Of a stretch of DNA of 64,000 nt, positions 28,801 to 41,749 are shown piece after piece. This stretch comes from Eledone cirrhosa (Eukaryota), in the NCBI GenBank assembly GCA_964016885.1, contig OZ024759.1:5456001-5520000 (forward strand), read 5' to 3'. The notes below the pieces were generated by a model. That model was given only the letters and a program-made list of their open reading frames with translations, was not told the DNA's origin and ran no database searches. The translations under genes and the position numbers were made by a program. Each line of letters starts with the position of its first letter. Position 1 is the first letter of the stretch.

Positions 28801-31800
28801 GTAACTCCAATGTTGGTGAGAATTCATTTAAGTTCATGGTATTAGCTGTCAGAAGTCACTCCACTGTTGGTGAGAATTCATTTAAGTTCATGGTACTAGC
28901 TGTCAGAAGTAACCCCAATGTTGGTGAGAATTCATTTAAGTTCATGTTATTAGCTGTCAGAAGTCACTCCAATGTTGGTGAGAATTCATTTAAGTTCATG
29001 GTATTAGCTGTCAGAAGTAACTCCACTGTTGGTGAGAATTCATTTAAGTTCATGGTATTAGCTGTCAGAAGGAACTCCACTGTTGGTGAGAATTCATTTA
29101 AGTTCATGGTACTAGCTGTCAGAAGTAACTCCACTGTTGGTGAGAATTCATTTAAGTTCATGGTATTAGTTTGTCAGAAGTAACTCCACTGTTGGTGAGA
29201 ATTCATTTAAGTCATGGTATTAGTTGTCAGAAGTAACTCCAATGTTGGTGAGAATTCATTTAAGTCATGGTACTAGCTGTCAGAAGTAACTCCAATCTTG
29301 GTGAGAATTCATTTAATTTCATGGTATTAGCTGTCTGAATGAACTCCACTGTTGGTTAAAATTCATTTAAGTTCATGGTATTAGCTGTCAGAAGTAACTC
29401 CACTGTTGGTGAGAATTCATTTAAGTTCATGGTACTAGCTGTCAGAAGTAAATCAATGTTGGTGAGAATTCATTTAAGTTCATGGTATTAGCTGTCAGAA
29501 GTAACTCCACTGTTGGTGAGAATTCATTTAAGTTCATGGTACTAGCTGTCAGAAGTAACTCCACTGTTGGTGAGAATTCATTTAAGTTCATGGTATTAGC
29601 TGTCAGAAGTAACTCCACTGTTGGTGAGAATTCATTTAAGTTCATGGTATTAGCTGTCAGAAGTAACTCCACTGTTGGTGAGAATTCATTTAAGTTCATG
29701 GTATTAGCTGTCAGAAGTAACTCCACTGTTGGTGAGAATTCATTTAAGTTCATGGTACTAGCTGTCAGAAGTAACTCCAATGTTGGTGAGAAATCATTTA
29801 AGTTCATGGTATTAGCTGTCAGAAGTAACTCCACTGTTGGTGAGAATTCATTTAAGTCATGGTATTAGCTGTCAGAAGTAACTCCACTGTTGGTGAGAAT
29901 TCATTTAAGTTCATGGTACTAGCTGTCAGAAGTAACTCCACTGTTGGTGAGAATTCATTTAAGTTCATGGTATTAGTTTGTCAGAAGTAACTCCACTGTT
30001 GGTGAGAATTCATTTAAGTCATGGTATTAGTTTTCAGAAGTAACTCCAATGTTGGTGAGAATTCATTTAAGTCATGGTATTAGCTGTCAGAAGTAACTCC
30101 AATGTTGGTGAGAATTCATTTAAGTTCATGGTACTAGCTGTCAGAAGTAACCCCAATGTTGGTGAGAATTCATTTAAGTTCATGGTATTAGCTGTCAGAA
30201 GTCACTCCAATGTTGGTGAGAATTCATTTAAGTCATGGTATTAGCTGTCAGAATGAACTCCACTGTTGGTTAGAATTCATTTAAGTTCATGGTATTAGCT
30301 GTCAGAAGTAACTCCACTGTTGGTGAGAATTCATTTAAGTTCATGGTACTAGCTGTCAGAAGTAACTCCAATGTTGGTGAGCATTCATTTAAGTTCATGG
30401 TATTAGCTGTCAGAAGTAACTCCACTGTTGGTGAGAATTCATTTAAGTTCATGGTACTAGCTGTCAGAAGTAACTCCACTGTTGGTGAGAATTCATTTAA
30501 GTTCATGGTATTAGCTGTCAGAAGTAACTCCACTGTTGGTGAGAATTCATTTAAGTTCATGGTATTAGCTGTCAGAAGTAACTCCACAGTTGGTGAGAAT
30601 TCATTTAAGTTCATGGTATTAGCTGTCAGAAGTAACTCCACTGTTGGTGAGAATTCATTTAAGTTCATGGTATTAGCTGTCAGAAGGAACTCCACTGTTG
30701 GTGAGAATTCATTTAAGTCATGGTATTAGCTGTCAGAAGTAACTCCAATGTTGGTGAGAATTCATTTAAGTTCATGGTATTAGCTGTCAGAAGTAACTCC
30801 ACTGTTGGTGAGAATACATTTAAGTTCATGGTACTAGTTGTCAGAAGTAACTCCACTGTTGGTGAGAATTCATTTAAGTTCATGGTATTAGTTGTCAGAA
30901 GTAACTCCACTGTTGGTGAGAATTCATTTAAGTCATGGTATTAGTTGTCAGAAGTAACTCCAATGTTGGTGAGAATTCATTTAAGTTCATGGTACTAGCT
31001 GTCAGAAGTAACTCCACTGTTGGTGAGAATTCATTTAAGTTCATGGTATTAGCTGTCAGAAGTAACTCCACTGTTGGTGAGAATTCATTTAAGTCATGGT
31101 ATTAGCTGTCAGAAGTAACTCCAATGTTGGTGAGAATTCATTTAAGTTCATGGTATTAGCTGTCAGAAGTAACTCCACTGTTGGTGAGAATTCATTTAAG
31201 TTCATGGTACTAGCTGTCAGAAGTAACTCCACTGTTGGTGAGAATTCATTTAAGTTCATGGTATTAGCTGTCAGAAGTAACTCCACTGTTGGTGAGAATT
31301 CATTTAAGTTCATGGTATTAGCTGTCAGAAGTAACTCCACAGTTGGTGAGAATTCATTTAAGTTCATGGTATTAGCTGTCAGAAGTAACTCCACTGTTGG
31401 TGAGAATTCATTTAAGTTCATGGTATTAGCTGTCAGAAGGAACTCCACTGTTGGTGAGAATTCATTTAAGTCATGGTATTAGCTGTCAGAAGTAACTCCA
31501 ATGTTGGTGAGAATTCATTTAAGTTCATGGTATTAGCTGTCAGAAGTAACTCCACTGTTGGTGAGAATACATTTAAGTTCATGGTACTAGTTGTCAGAAG
31601 TAACTCCACTGTTGGTGAGAATTCATTTAAGTTCATGGTATTAGTTGTCAGAAGTAACTCCACTGTTGGTGAGAATTCATTTAAGTCGTGGTATTAGTTG
31701 TCAGAAGTAACTCCAATGTTGGTGAGAATTCATTTAAGTTCATGGTACTAGCTGTCAGAAGTAACTCCACTGTTGGTGAGAATTCATTTAAGTTCATGGT

Positions 31801-34680
31801 ATTAGCTGTCAGAAGTAACTCCACTGTTGGTGAGAATTCATTTAAGTCATGGTATTAGCTGTCAGAAGTAACTCCAATGTTGGTGAGAATTCATTTAAGT
31901 TCATGGTATTAGCTGTCAGAAGTAACTCCACTGTTGGTGAGAATACATTTAAGTTCATGGTACTAGTTGTCAGAAGTAACTCCACTGTTGGTGAGAATTC
32001 ATTTAAGTTCATGGTATTAGTTGTCAGAAGTAACTCCACTGTTGGTGAGAATTCATTTAAGTCATGGTATTAGTTGTCAGAAGTAACTCCAATGTTGGTG
32101 AGAATTCATTTAAGTTCATGGTACTAGCTGTCAGAAGTAACTCCACTGTTGGTGAGAATTCATTTAAGTTCATGGTATTAGCTGTCAGAAGTAACTCCAC
32201 TGTTGGTGAGAATTCATTTAAGTCATGGTATTAGCTGTCAGAAGTAACTCCATTGTTGGTGAGAATTCATTTAAGTCATGGTACTAGCTGTCAGAAGTAA
32301 CTCCACTGTTGGTGAGAATTCATTTAAGTTCATGGTACTAGCTGTCAGAAGTAACTCCACTGTTGGTGAGAATTCATTTAAGTTCATGGTATTAGCTGTC
32401 AGAAGTAACTCCATTGTTGGTGAGAATTCATTTAAGTTCATGGTATTAGTTGTCAGAAGTAACTCCATTGTTGGTGAGAATTCATTTAAGTCATGGTACT
32501 AGCTGTCAGAAGTAACTCCACTGTTGGTGAGAATTCATTTAAGTTCATGGTACTAGCTGTCAGAAGTAACTCCACTGTTGGTGAGAATTCATTTAAGTTC
32601 ATGGTATTAGCTGTCAGAAGTAACTCCATTGTTGGTGAGAATTCATTTAAGTTCATGGTATTAGTTGTCAGAAGTAACTCCAATGTTGGTGAGAATTCAT
32701 TTAAGTTCATGGTACTAGCTGTCAGACGTAACTACACTGTTGGTGAGAATTCATTTAAGTTCATGGTATTAGCTGTCAGAAGTAACTCCACTGTTGGTGA
32801 GAATTCATTTAAGTCATGGTATTAGCTGTCAGAAGTAACTCCAATGTTGGTGAGAATTCATTTAAGTTCATGGTATTAGCTGTCAGAAGGAACTCTACTG
32901 TTGGTGAGAATTCATTTAAGTTCATGGTATTAGATGTCAGAAGTAACTCCACTGTTGGTGAGAATTCATTTAAGTTCATGGTATTAGCTGTCAGAAGTAA
33001 CTCCACTGTTGGTGAGAATTCATTTAAGTTCATGGTTCTAGCTGTCAGAAGTAACTCCAATGTTGGTGAGAATTCATTTAAGTTCATGGTATTAGCTGTC
33101 AGAAGTAACTCCACTGTTGGTGAGAATTCATTTAAGTCATGGTATTAGCTGTCAGAAGTAACTCCAATGTTGGTGAGAATTCATTTAAGTTCATGGTATT
33201 AGCTGTCAGAAGTAACTCCACTGTTGGTGAGAATTCATTTAAGTTCATGGTATTAGCTGTCAGAAGTAACTCCACTGTTGGTGAGAATTCATTTAAGTTC
33301 ATGGTACTAGCTGTCAGAAGTAACTCCACTGTTGGTGAGAATTCATTTAAGTTCATGGTATTAGTTTGTCAGAAGTAACTCCACTGTTGGTGAGAATTCA
33401 TTTAAGTCATGGTATTAGTTTTCAGAAGTAACTCCAATGTTGGTGAGAATTCATTTAAGTTCATGGTACTAGCTGTCAGAAGTAACTCCACTGTTGGTGA
33501 GAATTCATTTAAGTTCATGGTATTAGCTGTCAGAAGTAACTCCACTGTTGGTGAGAATTCATTTAAGTCATGGTATTAGCTGTCAGAAGTAACTCCAATG
33601 TTGGTGAGAATTCATTTAAGTCATGGTACTGGCTGTCAGAAGTAACTCCAATGTTGGTGAGAATTCATTTAAGTTCATGGTATTAGCTGTCAGAAGTAAC
33701 TCCACTGTTGGTGAGAATTCATTTAAGTTCATGGTATTAGCTGTCAGAAGTAATTCCACTGTTGGTGAGAATTCATTTAAGTCATGGTATTAGCTGTCAG
33801 AAGTAACTCCAATGTTGGTGAGAATTCATTTAAGTTCATGGTATTAGCTGTCAGAAGTCACTCCACTGTTGGTGAGAATTCATTTAAGTTCATGGTACTA
33901 GCTGTCAGAAGTAACCCCAATGTTGGTGAGAATTCATTTAAGTTCATGTTATTAGCTGTCAGAAGTCACTCCAATGTTGGTGAGAATTCATTTAAGTTCA
34001 TGGTATTAGCTGTCAGAAGTAACTCCACTGTTGGTGAGAATTCATTTAAGTTCATGGTATTAGCTGTCAGAAGGAACTCCACTGTTGGTGAGAATTCATT
34101 TAAGTTCATGGTACTAGCTGTCAGAAGTAACTCCACTGTTGGTGAGAATTCATTTAAGTTCATGGTATTAGTTTGTCAGAAGTAACTCCACTGTTGGTGA
34201 GAATTCATTTAAGTCATGGTATTAGTTGTCAGAAGTAACTCCAATGTTGGTGAGAATTCATTTAAGTCATGGTACTAGCTGTCAGAAGTAACTCCAATCT
34301 TGGTGAGAATTCATTTAAGTTCATGGTATTAGCTGTCTGAATGAACTCCACTGTTGGTTAGAATTCATTTAAGTTCATGGTATTAGCTGTCAGAAGTAAC
34401 TCCACTGTTGGTGAGAATTCATTTAAGTTCATGGTACTAGCTGTCAGAAGTAAATCAATGTTGGTGAGAATTCATTTAAGTTCATGGTATTAGCTGTCAG
34501 AAGTAACTCCACTGTTGGTGAGAATTCATTTAAGTTCATGGTACTAGCTGTCAGAAGTAACTCCACTGTTGGTGAGAATTCATTTAAGTTCATGGTATTA
34601 GCTGTCAGAAGTAACTCCACTGTTGGTGAGAATTCATTTAAGTTCATGGTATTAGCTGTCAGAAGTAACTCCATTGTTGG
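25600..34680 (+). repeat. Higher-order duplication with period 4787 bp, shifting to 5002 bp (+215 bp, 4 monomers)
   Basis: ORF offsets are 4787 (25933/30720, 26309/31096, 26686/31473, 27062/31849, 27491/32278) and then 5002 (28137/33139, 28782/33784, 29442/34444). The GTAAATCAATG deletion variant is shared at ~29448/~34450. Confidence 0.85.
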
Positions 34681-37600
34681 TGAGAATTCATGTAAGTCAT
34701 GGTATTAGCTGTCAGAAGTAACTCCACTGTTGGTGAGAATTCATTTAAGTTCATGGTACTAGCTGTCAGAAGTAACTCCACTGTTGGTGAGAATTCATTT
34801 AAGTTCATGGTATTAGTTTGTCAGAAGTAACTCCACTGTTGGTGAGAATTCATTTAAGTCATGGTATTAGTTTTCAGAAGTAACTCCAATGTTGGTGAGA
34901 ATTCATTTAAGTCATGGTATTAGCTGTCAGAAGTAACTCCAATGTTGGTGAGAATTCATTTAAGTTCATGGTACTAGCTGTCAGAAGTAACCCCAATGTT
35001 GGTGAGAATTCATTTAAGTTCATGGTATTAGCTGTCAGAAGTCACTCCAATGTTGGTGAGAATTCATTTAAGTTCATGGTATTAGCTGTTAGAAATAACT
35101 CCACGGTTGGTGAGAATTCATTTAAGTTCATGGTATTAGCTGTCAGAAGTAACTCCACTGTTGGTGAGAATTCATTTAAGTTCATGGTATTAGATGTCAG
35201 AAGGAACTCCAACGTTGGTGAGAATTCATTTAATTTCATGGTATTAGTTTGTCAGAAGTAACTCCACTATTGGTGAGAATTCATTTAAGTCATGGTATTA
35301 GTTGTCAGAAGTAACTCCATTGTTGGTGAGAATTCATTTAAGTTCATGGTACTAGCTGTCAGAAGTAACTCCACTGTTGGTGAGAATTCATTTAAGTTCA
35401 TGGTATTAGTTTGTCACAAGTAACTCCACTGTTGGTGAGAATTCATTTAAGTCATGGTATTAGTTGTCAGAAGTAACTCCAATGTTGGTGAGAATTCATT
35501 TAAGTCATGGTACTAGCGGTCAGAAGTAACTCCAATGTTGGTGAGAATTCATTTAAGTTCATGGTATTAGCTGTCAGAAGTAACTCCACTGTTGGTGAGA
35601 ATTCATTTAAGTTCATGGTACTAGCTGTCAGAAGTAACTCCAATGTTGGTGAGAATTCATTTAAGTTCATGGTATTAGCTGTCAGAAGTAACTCCACTGT
35701 TGGTAAGAATTCATTTAAGTCATGGTATTAGCTGTCAGAAGTAACTCCAATGTTGGTGAGAATTCATTTAAGTTCATGGTATTAGCTGTCAGAAGTAACT
35801 CCACTGTTGGTGAGAATTCATTTAAGTTCATGGTATTAGCTGTCAGAAGTAACTCCACTGTTGTTGAGAATTCATTTAAGTTCATGGTATTAGCTGTCAG
35901 AAGTAACTCCACTGTTGGTGAGAATTCATTTAAGTTCATGGTACTAGCTGTCAGATGTAACCCCAATGTTGGTGAGAATTCATTTAAGTTCATGGTATTA
36001 GTTTGTCAGAAGTAACTCCACTGTTGGTGAGAATTCATTTAAGTCATGGTATTAGTTGTCAGAAGTAACTCCAATGTTGGTGAGAATTCATTTAAGTCAT
36101 GGTACTAGCTGTCAGAAGTAACTCCAATGTTGGTGAGAATTCATTTAAGTTCATGGTATTAGCTGTCAGAAGTCACTCCAATGTTGGTGAGAATTCATTT
36201 AAGTTCATGGTATTAGCTGTCAGAAGTAACTCCACTGTTGGTGAGAATTCATTTAAGTTCATGGTATTAGCTGTCAGAAATAACTCCACGGTTGGTGAGA
36301 ATTCATTTAAGTTCATGGTATTAGCTGTCAGAAGAAACTCCACTGTTGGTGAGAATTCATTTAAGTTCATGGTATTAGATTTCAGAAGGAACTCCAATGT
36401 TGGTGAGAATTCATTTAAGTCATGGTACTAGCTGTCAGAAGTAACTCCACTGTTGGTGAGAATTCATTTAAGTTCATGGTACTAGCTGTCAGAAGTAACT
36501 CCAATGTTGGTGAGAATTCATTTAAGTTCATGGTATTATCTGTCAGAAGGAACTCCACTGTTGGTGAGAATTCATTTAAGTTCATGGTATTAGCTGTCAG
36601 AAGTAACTCCACTGTTGGTGAGAATTCATTTAAGTTCATGGTATTAGCTGTCAGAAGTCACTCCAATGTTGGTGAGAATTCATTTAAATTCATGGTATTA
36701 GCTGTCAGAAGTCACTCCACTGTTGGTGAGAATTCATTTAAGTTCATGGTACTAGCTGTCAGAAGTAACTCCATTGTTGGTGAGAATTCATTTAAGTTCA
36801 TGGTACTAGCTGTCAGAAGTAACTCCACTGTTGGTGAGAATTCATTTAAGTTCATGGTATTAGTTTGTCACAAGTAACTCCACCGTTGGTGAGAATTCAT
36901 TTAAGTCATGGTATTAGTTGTCAGAAGTAACTCCAATGTTGGTGAGAATTCATTTAAGTCATGGTACTAGCGGTCAGAAGTAACTCCAATGTTGGTGAGA
37001 ATTCATTTAAGTTCATGGTATTAGCTGTCAGAAGTAACTCCACTGTTGGTGAGAATTCATTTAAGTTCATGGTACTAGCTGTCAGAAGTAACTCCAATGT
37101 TGGTGAGAATTCATTTAAGTTCATGGTATTAGCTTTCAGAAGTAACTCCACTGTTGGTAAGAATTCATTTAAGTCATGGTATTAGCTGTCAGAAGTAACT
37201 CCAATGTTGGTGAGAATTCATTTAAGTTCATGGTATTAGCTGTCAGAAGTAACTCCACTGTTGGTGAGAATTCATTTAAGTTCATGGTATTAGCTGTCAG
37301 AAGTAACTCCACTGTTGTTGAGAATTCATTTAAGTTCATGGTATTAGCTGTCAGAAGTAACTCCACTGTTGGTGAGAATTCATTTAAGTTCATGGTACTA
37401 GCTGTCAGATGTAACCCCAATGTTGGTGAGAATTCATTTAAGTTCATGGTATTAGTTTGTCAGAAGTAACTCCACTGTTGGTGAGAATTCATTTAAGTCA
37501 TGGTATTAGCTGTCAGAAGTAACTCCAATGTTGGTGAGAATTCATTTAAGTTCATGGTATTAGCTGTCAGAAGTCACTCCACTGTTGGTGAGAATTCATT

Positions 37601-40600
37601 TAAGTTCATGGTACTAGCTGTCAGAAGTAACCCCAATGTTGGTGAGAATTCATTTAAGTTCATGTTATTAGCTGTCAGAAGTCACTCCAATGTTGGTGAG
37701 AATTCATTTAAGTTCATGGTATTAGCTGTCAGAAGTAACTCCACTGTTGGTGAGAATTCATTTAAGTTCATGGTATTAGCTGTCAGAAGGAACTCCACTG
37801 TTGGTGAGAATTCATTTAAGTTCATGGTACTAGCTGTCAGAAGTAACTCCACTGTTGGTGAGAATTCATTTAAGTTCATGGTATTAGTTTGTCAGAAGTA
37901 ACTCCACTGTTGGTGAGAATTCATTTAAGTCATGGTATTAGTTGTCAGAAGTAACTCCAATGTTGGTGAGAATTCATTTAAGTCATGGTACTAGCTGTCA
38001 GAAGTAACTCCAATCTTGGTGAGAATTCATTTAAGTTCATGGTATTAGCTGTCTGAATGAACTCCACTGTTGGTTAGAATTCATTTAAGTTCATGGTATT
38101 AGCTGTCAGAAGTAACTCCACTGTTGGTGAGAATTCATTTAAGTTCATGGTACTAGCTGTCAGAAGTAAATCAATGTTGGTGAGAATTCATTTAAGTTCA
38201 TGGTATTAGCTGTCAGAAGTAACTCCACTGTTGGTGAGAATTCATTTAAGTTCATGGTACTAGCTGTCAGAAGTAACTCCACTGTTGGTGAGAATTCATT
38301 TAAGTTCATGGTATTAGCTGTCAGAAGTAACTCCACTGTTGGTGAGAATTCATTTAAGTTCATGGTATTAGCTGTCAGAAGTAACTCCATTGTTGGTGAG
38401 AATTCATGTAAGTCATGGTATTAGCTGTCAGAAGTAACTCCACTGTTGGTGAGAATTCATTTAAGTTCATGGTACTAGCTGTCAGAAGTAACTCCACTGT
38501 TGGTGAGAATTCATTTAAGTTCATGGTATTAGTTTGTCAGAAGTAACTCCACTGTTGGTGAGAATTCATTTAAGTCATGGTATTAGTTTTCAGAAGTAAC
38601 TCCAATGTTGGTGAGAATTCATTTAAGTCATGGTATTAGCTGTCAGAAGTAACTCCAATGTTGGTGAGAATTCATTTAAGTTCATGGTACTAGCTGTCAG
38701 AAGTAACCCCAATGTTGGTGAGAATTCATTTAAGTTCATGGTATTAGCTGTCAGAAGTCACTCCAATGTTGGTGAGAATTCATTTAAGTTCATGGTATTA
38801 GCTGTTAGAAATAACTCCACGGTTGGTGAGAATTCATTTAAGTTCATGGTATTAGCTGTCAGAAGTAACTCCACTGTTGGTGAGAATTCATTTAAGTTCA
38901 TGGTATTAGATGTCAGAAGGAACTCCAACGTTGGTGAGAATTCATTTAATTTCATGGTATTAGTTTGTCAGAAGTAACTCCACTATTGGTGAGAATTCAT
39001 TTAAGTCATGGTATTAGTTGTCAGAAGTAACTCCATTGTTGGTGAGAATTCATTTAAGTTCATGGTACTAGCTGTCAGAAGTAACTCCACTGTTGGTGAG
39101 AATTCATTTAAGTTCATGGTATTAGTTTGTCACAAGTAACTCCACTGTTGGTGAGAATTCATTTAAGTCATGGTATTAGTTGTCAGAAGTAACTCCAATG
39201 TTGGTGAGAATTCATTTAAGTCATGGTACTAGCGGTCAGAAGTAACTCCAATGTTGGTGAGAATTCATTTAAGTTCATGGTATTAGCTGTCAGAAGTAAC
39301 TCCACTGTTGGTGAGAATTCATTTAAGTTCATGGTACTAGCTGTCAGAAGTAACTCCAATGTTGGTGAGAATTCATTTAAGTTCATGGTATTAGCTGTCA
39401 GAAGTAACTCCACTGTTGGTAAGAATTCATTTAAGTCATGGTATTAGCTGTCAGAAGTAACTCCAATGTTGGTGAGAATTCATTTAAGTTCATGGTATTA
39501 GCTGTCAGAAGTAACTCCACTGTTGGTGAGAATTCATTTAAGTTCATGGTATTAGCTGTCAGAAGTAACTCCACTGTTGTTGAGAATTCATTTAAGTTCA
39601 TGGTATTAGCTGTCAGAAGTAACTCCACTGTTGGTGAGAATTCATTTAAGTTCATGGTACTAGCTGTCAGATGTAACCCCAATGTTGGTGAGAATTCATT
39701 TAAGTTCATGGTATTAGTTTGTCAGAAGTAACTCCACTGTTGGTGAGAATTCATTTAAGTCATGGTATTAGTTGTCAGAAGTAACTCCAATGTTGGTGAG
39801 AATTCATTTAAGTCATGGTACTAGCTGTCAGAAGTAACTCCAATGTTGGTGAGAATTCATTTAAGTTCATGGTATTAGCTGTCAGAAGTCACTCCAATGT
39901 TGGTGAGAATTCATTTAAGTTCATGGTATTAGCTGTCAGAAGTAACTCCACTGTTGGTGAGAATTCATTTAAGTTCATGGTATTAGCTGTCAGAAATAAC
40001 TCCACGGTTGGTGAGAATTCATTTAAGTTCATGGTATTAGCTGTCAGAAGAAACTCCACTGTTGGTGAGAATTCATTTAAGTTCATGGTATTAGATTTCA
40101 GAAGGAACTCCAATGTTGGTGAGAATTCATTTAAGTCATGGTACTAGCTGTCAGAAGTAACTCCACTGTTGGTGAGAATTCATTTAAGTTCATGGTACTA
40201 GCTGTCAGAAGTAACTCCAATGTTGGTGAGAATTCATTTAAGTTCATGGTATTATCTGTCAGAAGGAACTCCACTGTTGGTGAGAATTCATTTAAGTTCA
40301 TGGTATTAGCTGTCAGAAGTAACTCCACTGTTGGTGAGAATTCATTTAAGTTCATGGTATTAGCTGTCAGAAGTCACTCCAATGTTGGTGAGAATTCATT
40401 TAAATTCATGGTATTAGCTGTCAGAAGTCACTCCACTGTTGGTGAGAATTCATTTAAGTTCATGGTACTAGCTGTCAGAAGTAACTCCATTGTTGGTGAG
40501 AATTCATTTAAGTTCATGGTACTAGCTGTCAGAAGTAACTCCACTGTTGGTGAGAATTCATTTAAGTTCATGGTATTAGTTTGTCACAAGTAACTCCACT

Positions 40601-41215
40601 GTTGGTGAGAATTCATTTAAGTCATGGTATTAGTTGTCAGAAGTAACTCCAATGTTGGTGAGAATTCATTTAAGTCATGGTACTAGCGGTCAGAAGTAAC
40701 TCCAATGTTGGTGAGAATTCATTTAAGTTCATGGTATTAGCTGTCAGAAGTAACTCCACTGTTGGTGAGAATTCATTTAAGTTCATGGTACTAGCTGTCA
40801 GAAGTAACTCCAATGTTGGTGAGAATTCATTTAAGTTCATGGTATTAGCTTTCAGAAGTAACTCCACTGTTGGTAAGAATTCATTTAAGTCATGGTATTA
40901 GCTGTCAGAAGTAACTCCAATGTTGGTGAGAATTCATTTAAGTTCATGGTATTAGCTGTCAGAAGTAACTCCACTGTTGGTGAGAATTCATTTAAGTTCA
41001 TGGTATTAGCTGTCAGAAGTAACTCCACTGTTGTTGAGAATTCATTTAAGTTCATGGTATTAGCTGTCAGAAGTAACTCCACTGTTGGTGAGAATTCATT
41101 TAAGTTCATGGTACTAGCTGTCAGATGTAACCCCAATGTTGGTGAGAATTCATTTAAGTTCATGGTATTAGTTTGTCAGAAGTAACTCCACTGTTGGTGA
41201 GAATTCATTTAAGTC
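33784..41215 (+). repeat. Two-copy tandem higher-order repeat, period 3716 bp (69 monomers), containing a nested 1454-bp (27-monomer) repeat
   Basis: ORF offsets are 3716 for all ORFs from 33784/37500 to 37176/40892. The nested offset is 1454 (35507/36961, 39223/40677, 39815/41269). Shared variants are TAGCGGTC, AGATGTAACCCC, TCATGTAAG and CCAACGTTGG. Confidence 0.93.
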
Positions 41216-41749
41216 ATGGTATTAGTTGTCAGAAGTAACTCCAATGTTGGTGAGAATTCATTTAAGTCATGGTACTAGCTGTCAGAAGTAACTCCAATGT
41301 TGGTGAGAATTCATTTAAGTTCATGGTATTAGCTGTCAGAAGTCACTCCAATGTTGGTGAGAATTCATTTAAGTTCATGGTATTAGCTGTCAGAAGTAAC
41401 TCCACTGTTGGTGAGAATTCATTTAAGTTCATGGTATTAGCTGTCAGAAATAACTCCACGGTTGGTGAGAATTCATTTAAGTTCATGGTATTAGCTGTCA
41501 GAAGAAACTCCACTGTTGGTGAGAATTCATTTAAGTTCATGGTATTAGATTTCAGAAGGAACTCCAATGTTGGTGAGAATTCATTTAAGTCATGGTACTA
41601 GCTGTCAGAAGTAACTCCACTGTTGGTGAGAATTCATTTAAGTTCATGGTATTAGCTGTCAGAAGTAACTCCACTGTTGGTGAGAATTCATTTAAGTTCA
41701 TGGTACTAGCTGTCAGAAGTAACTCCAATGTTGGTGAGAATTCATTTAA

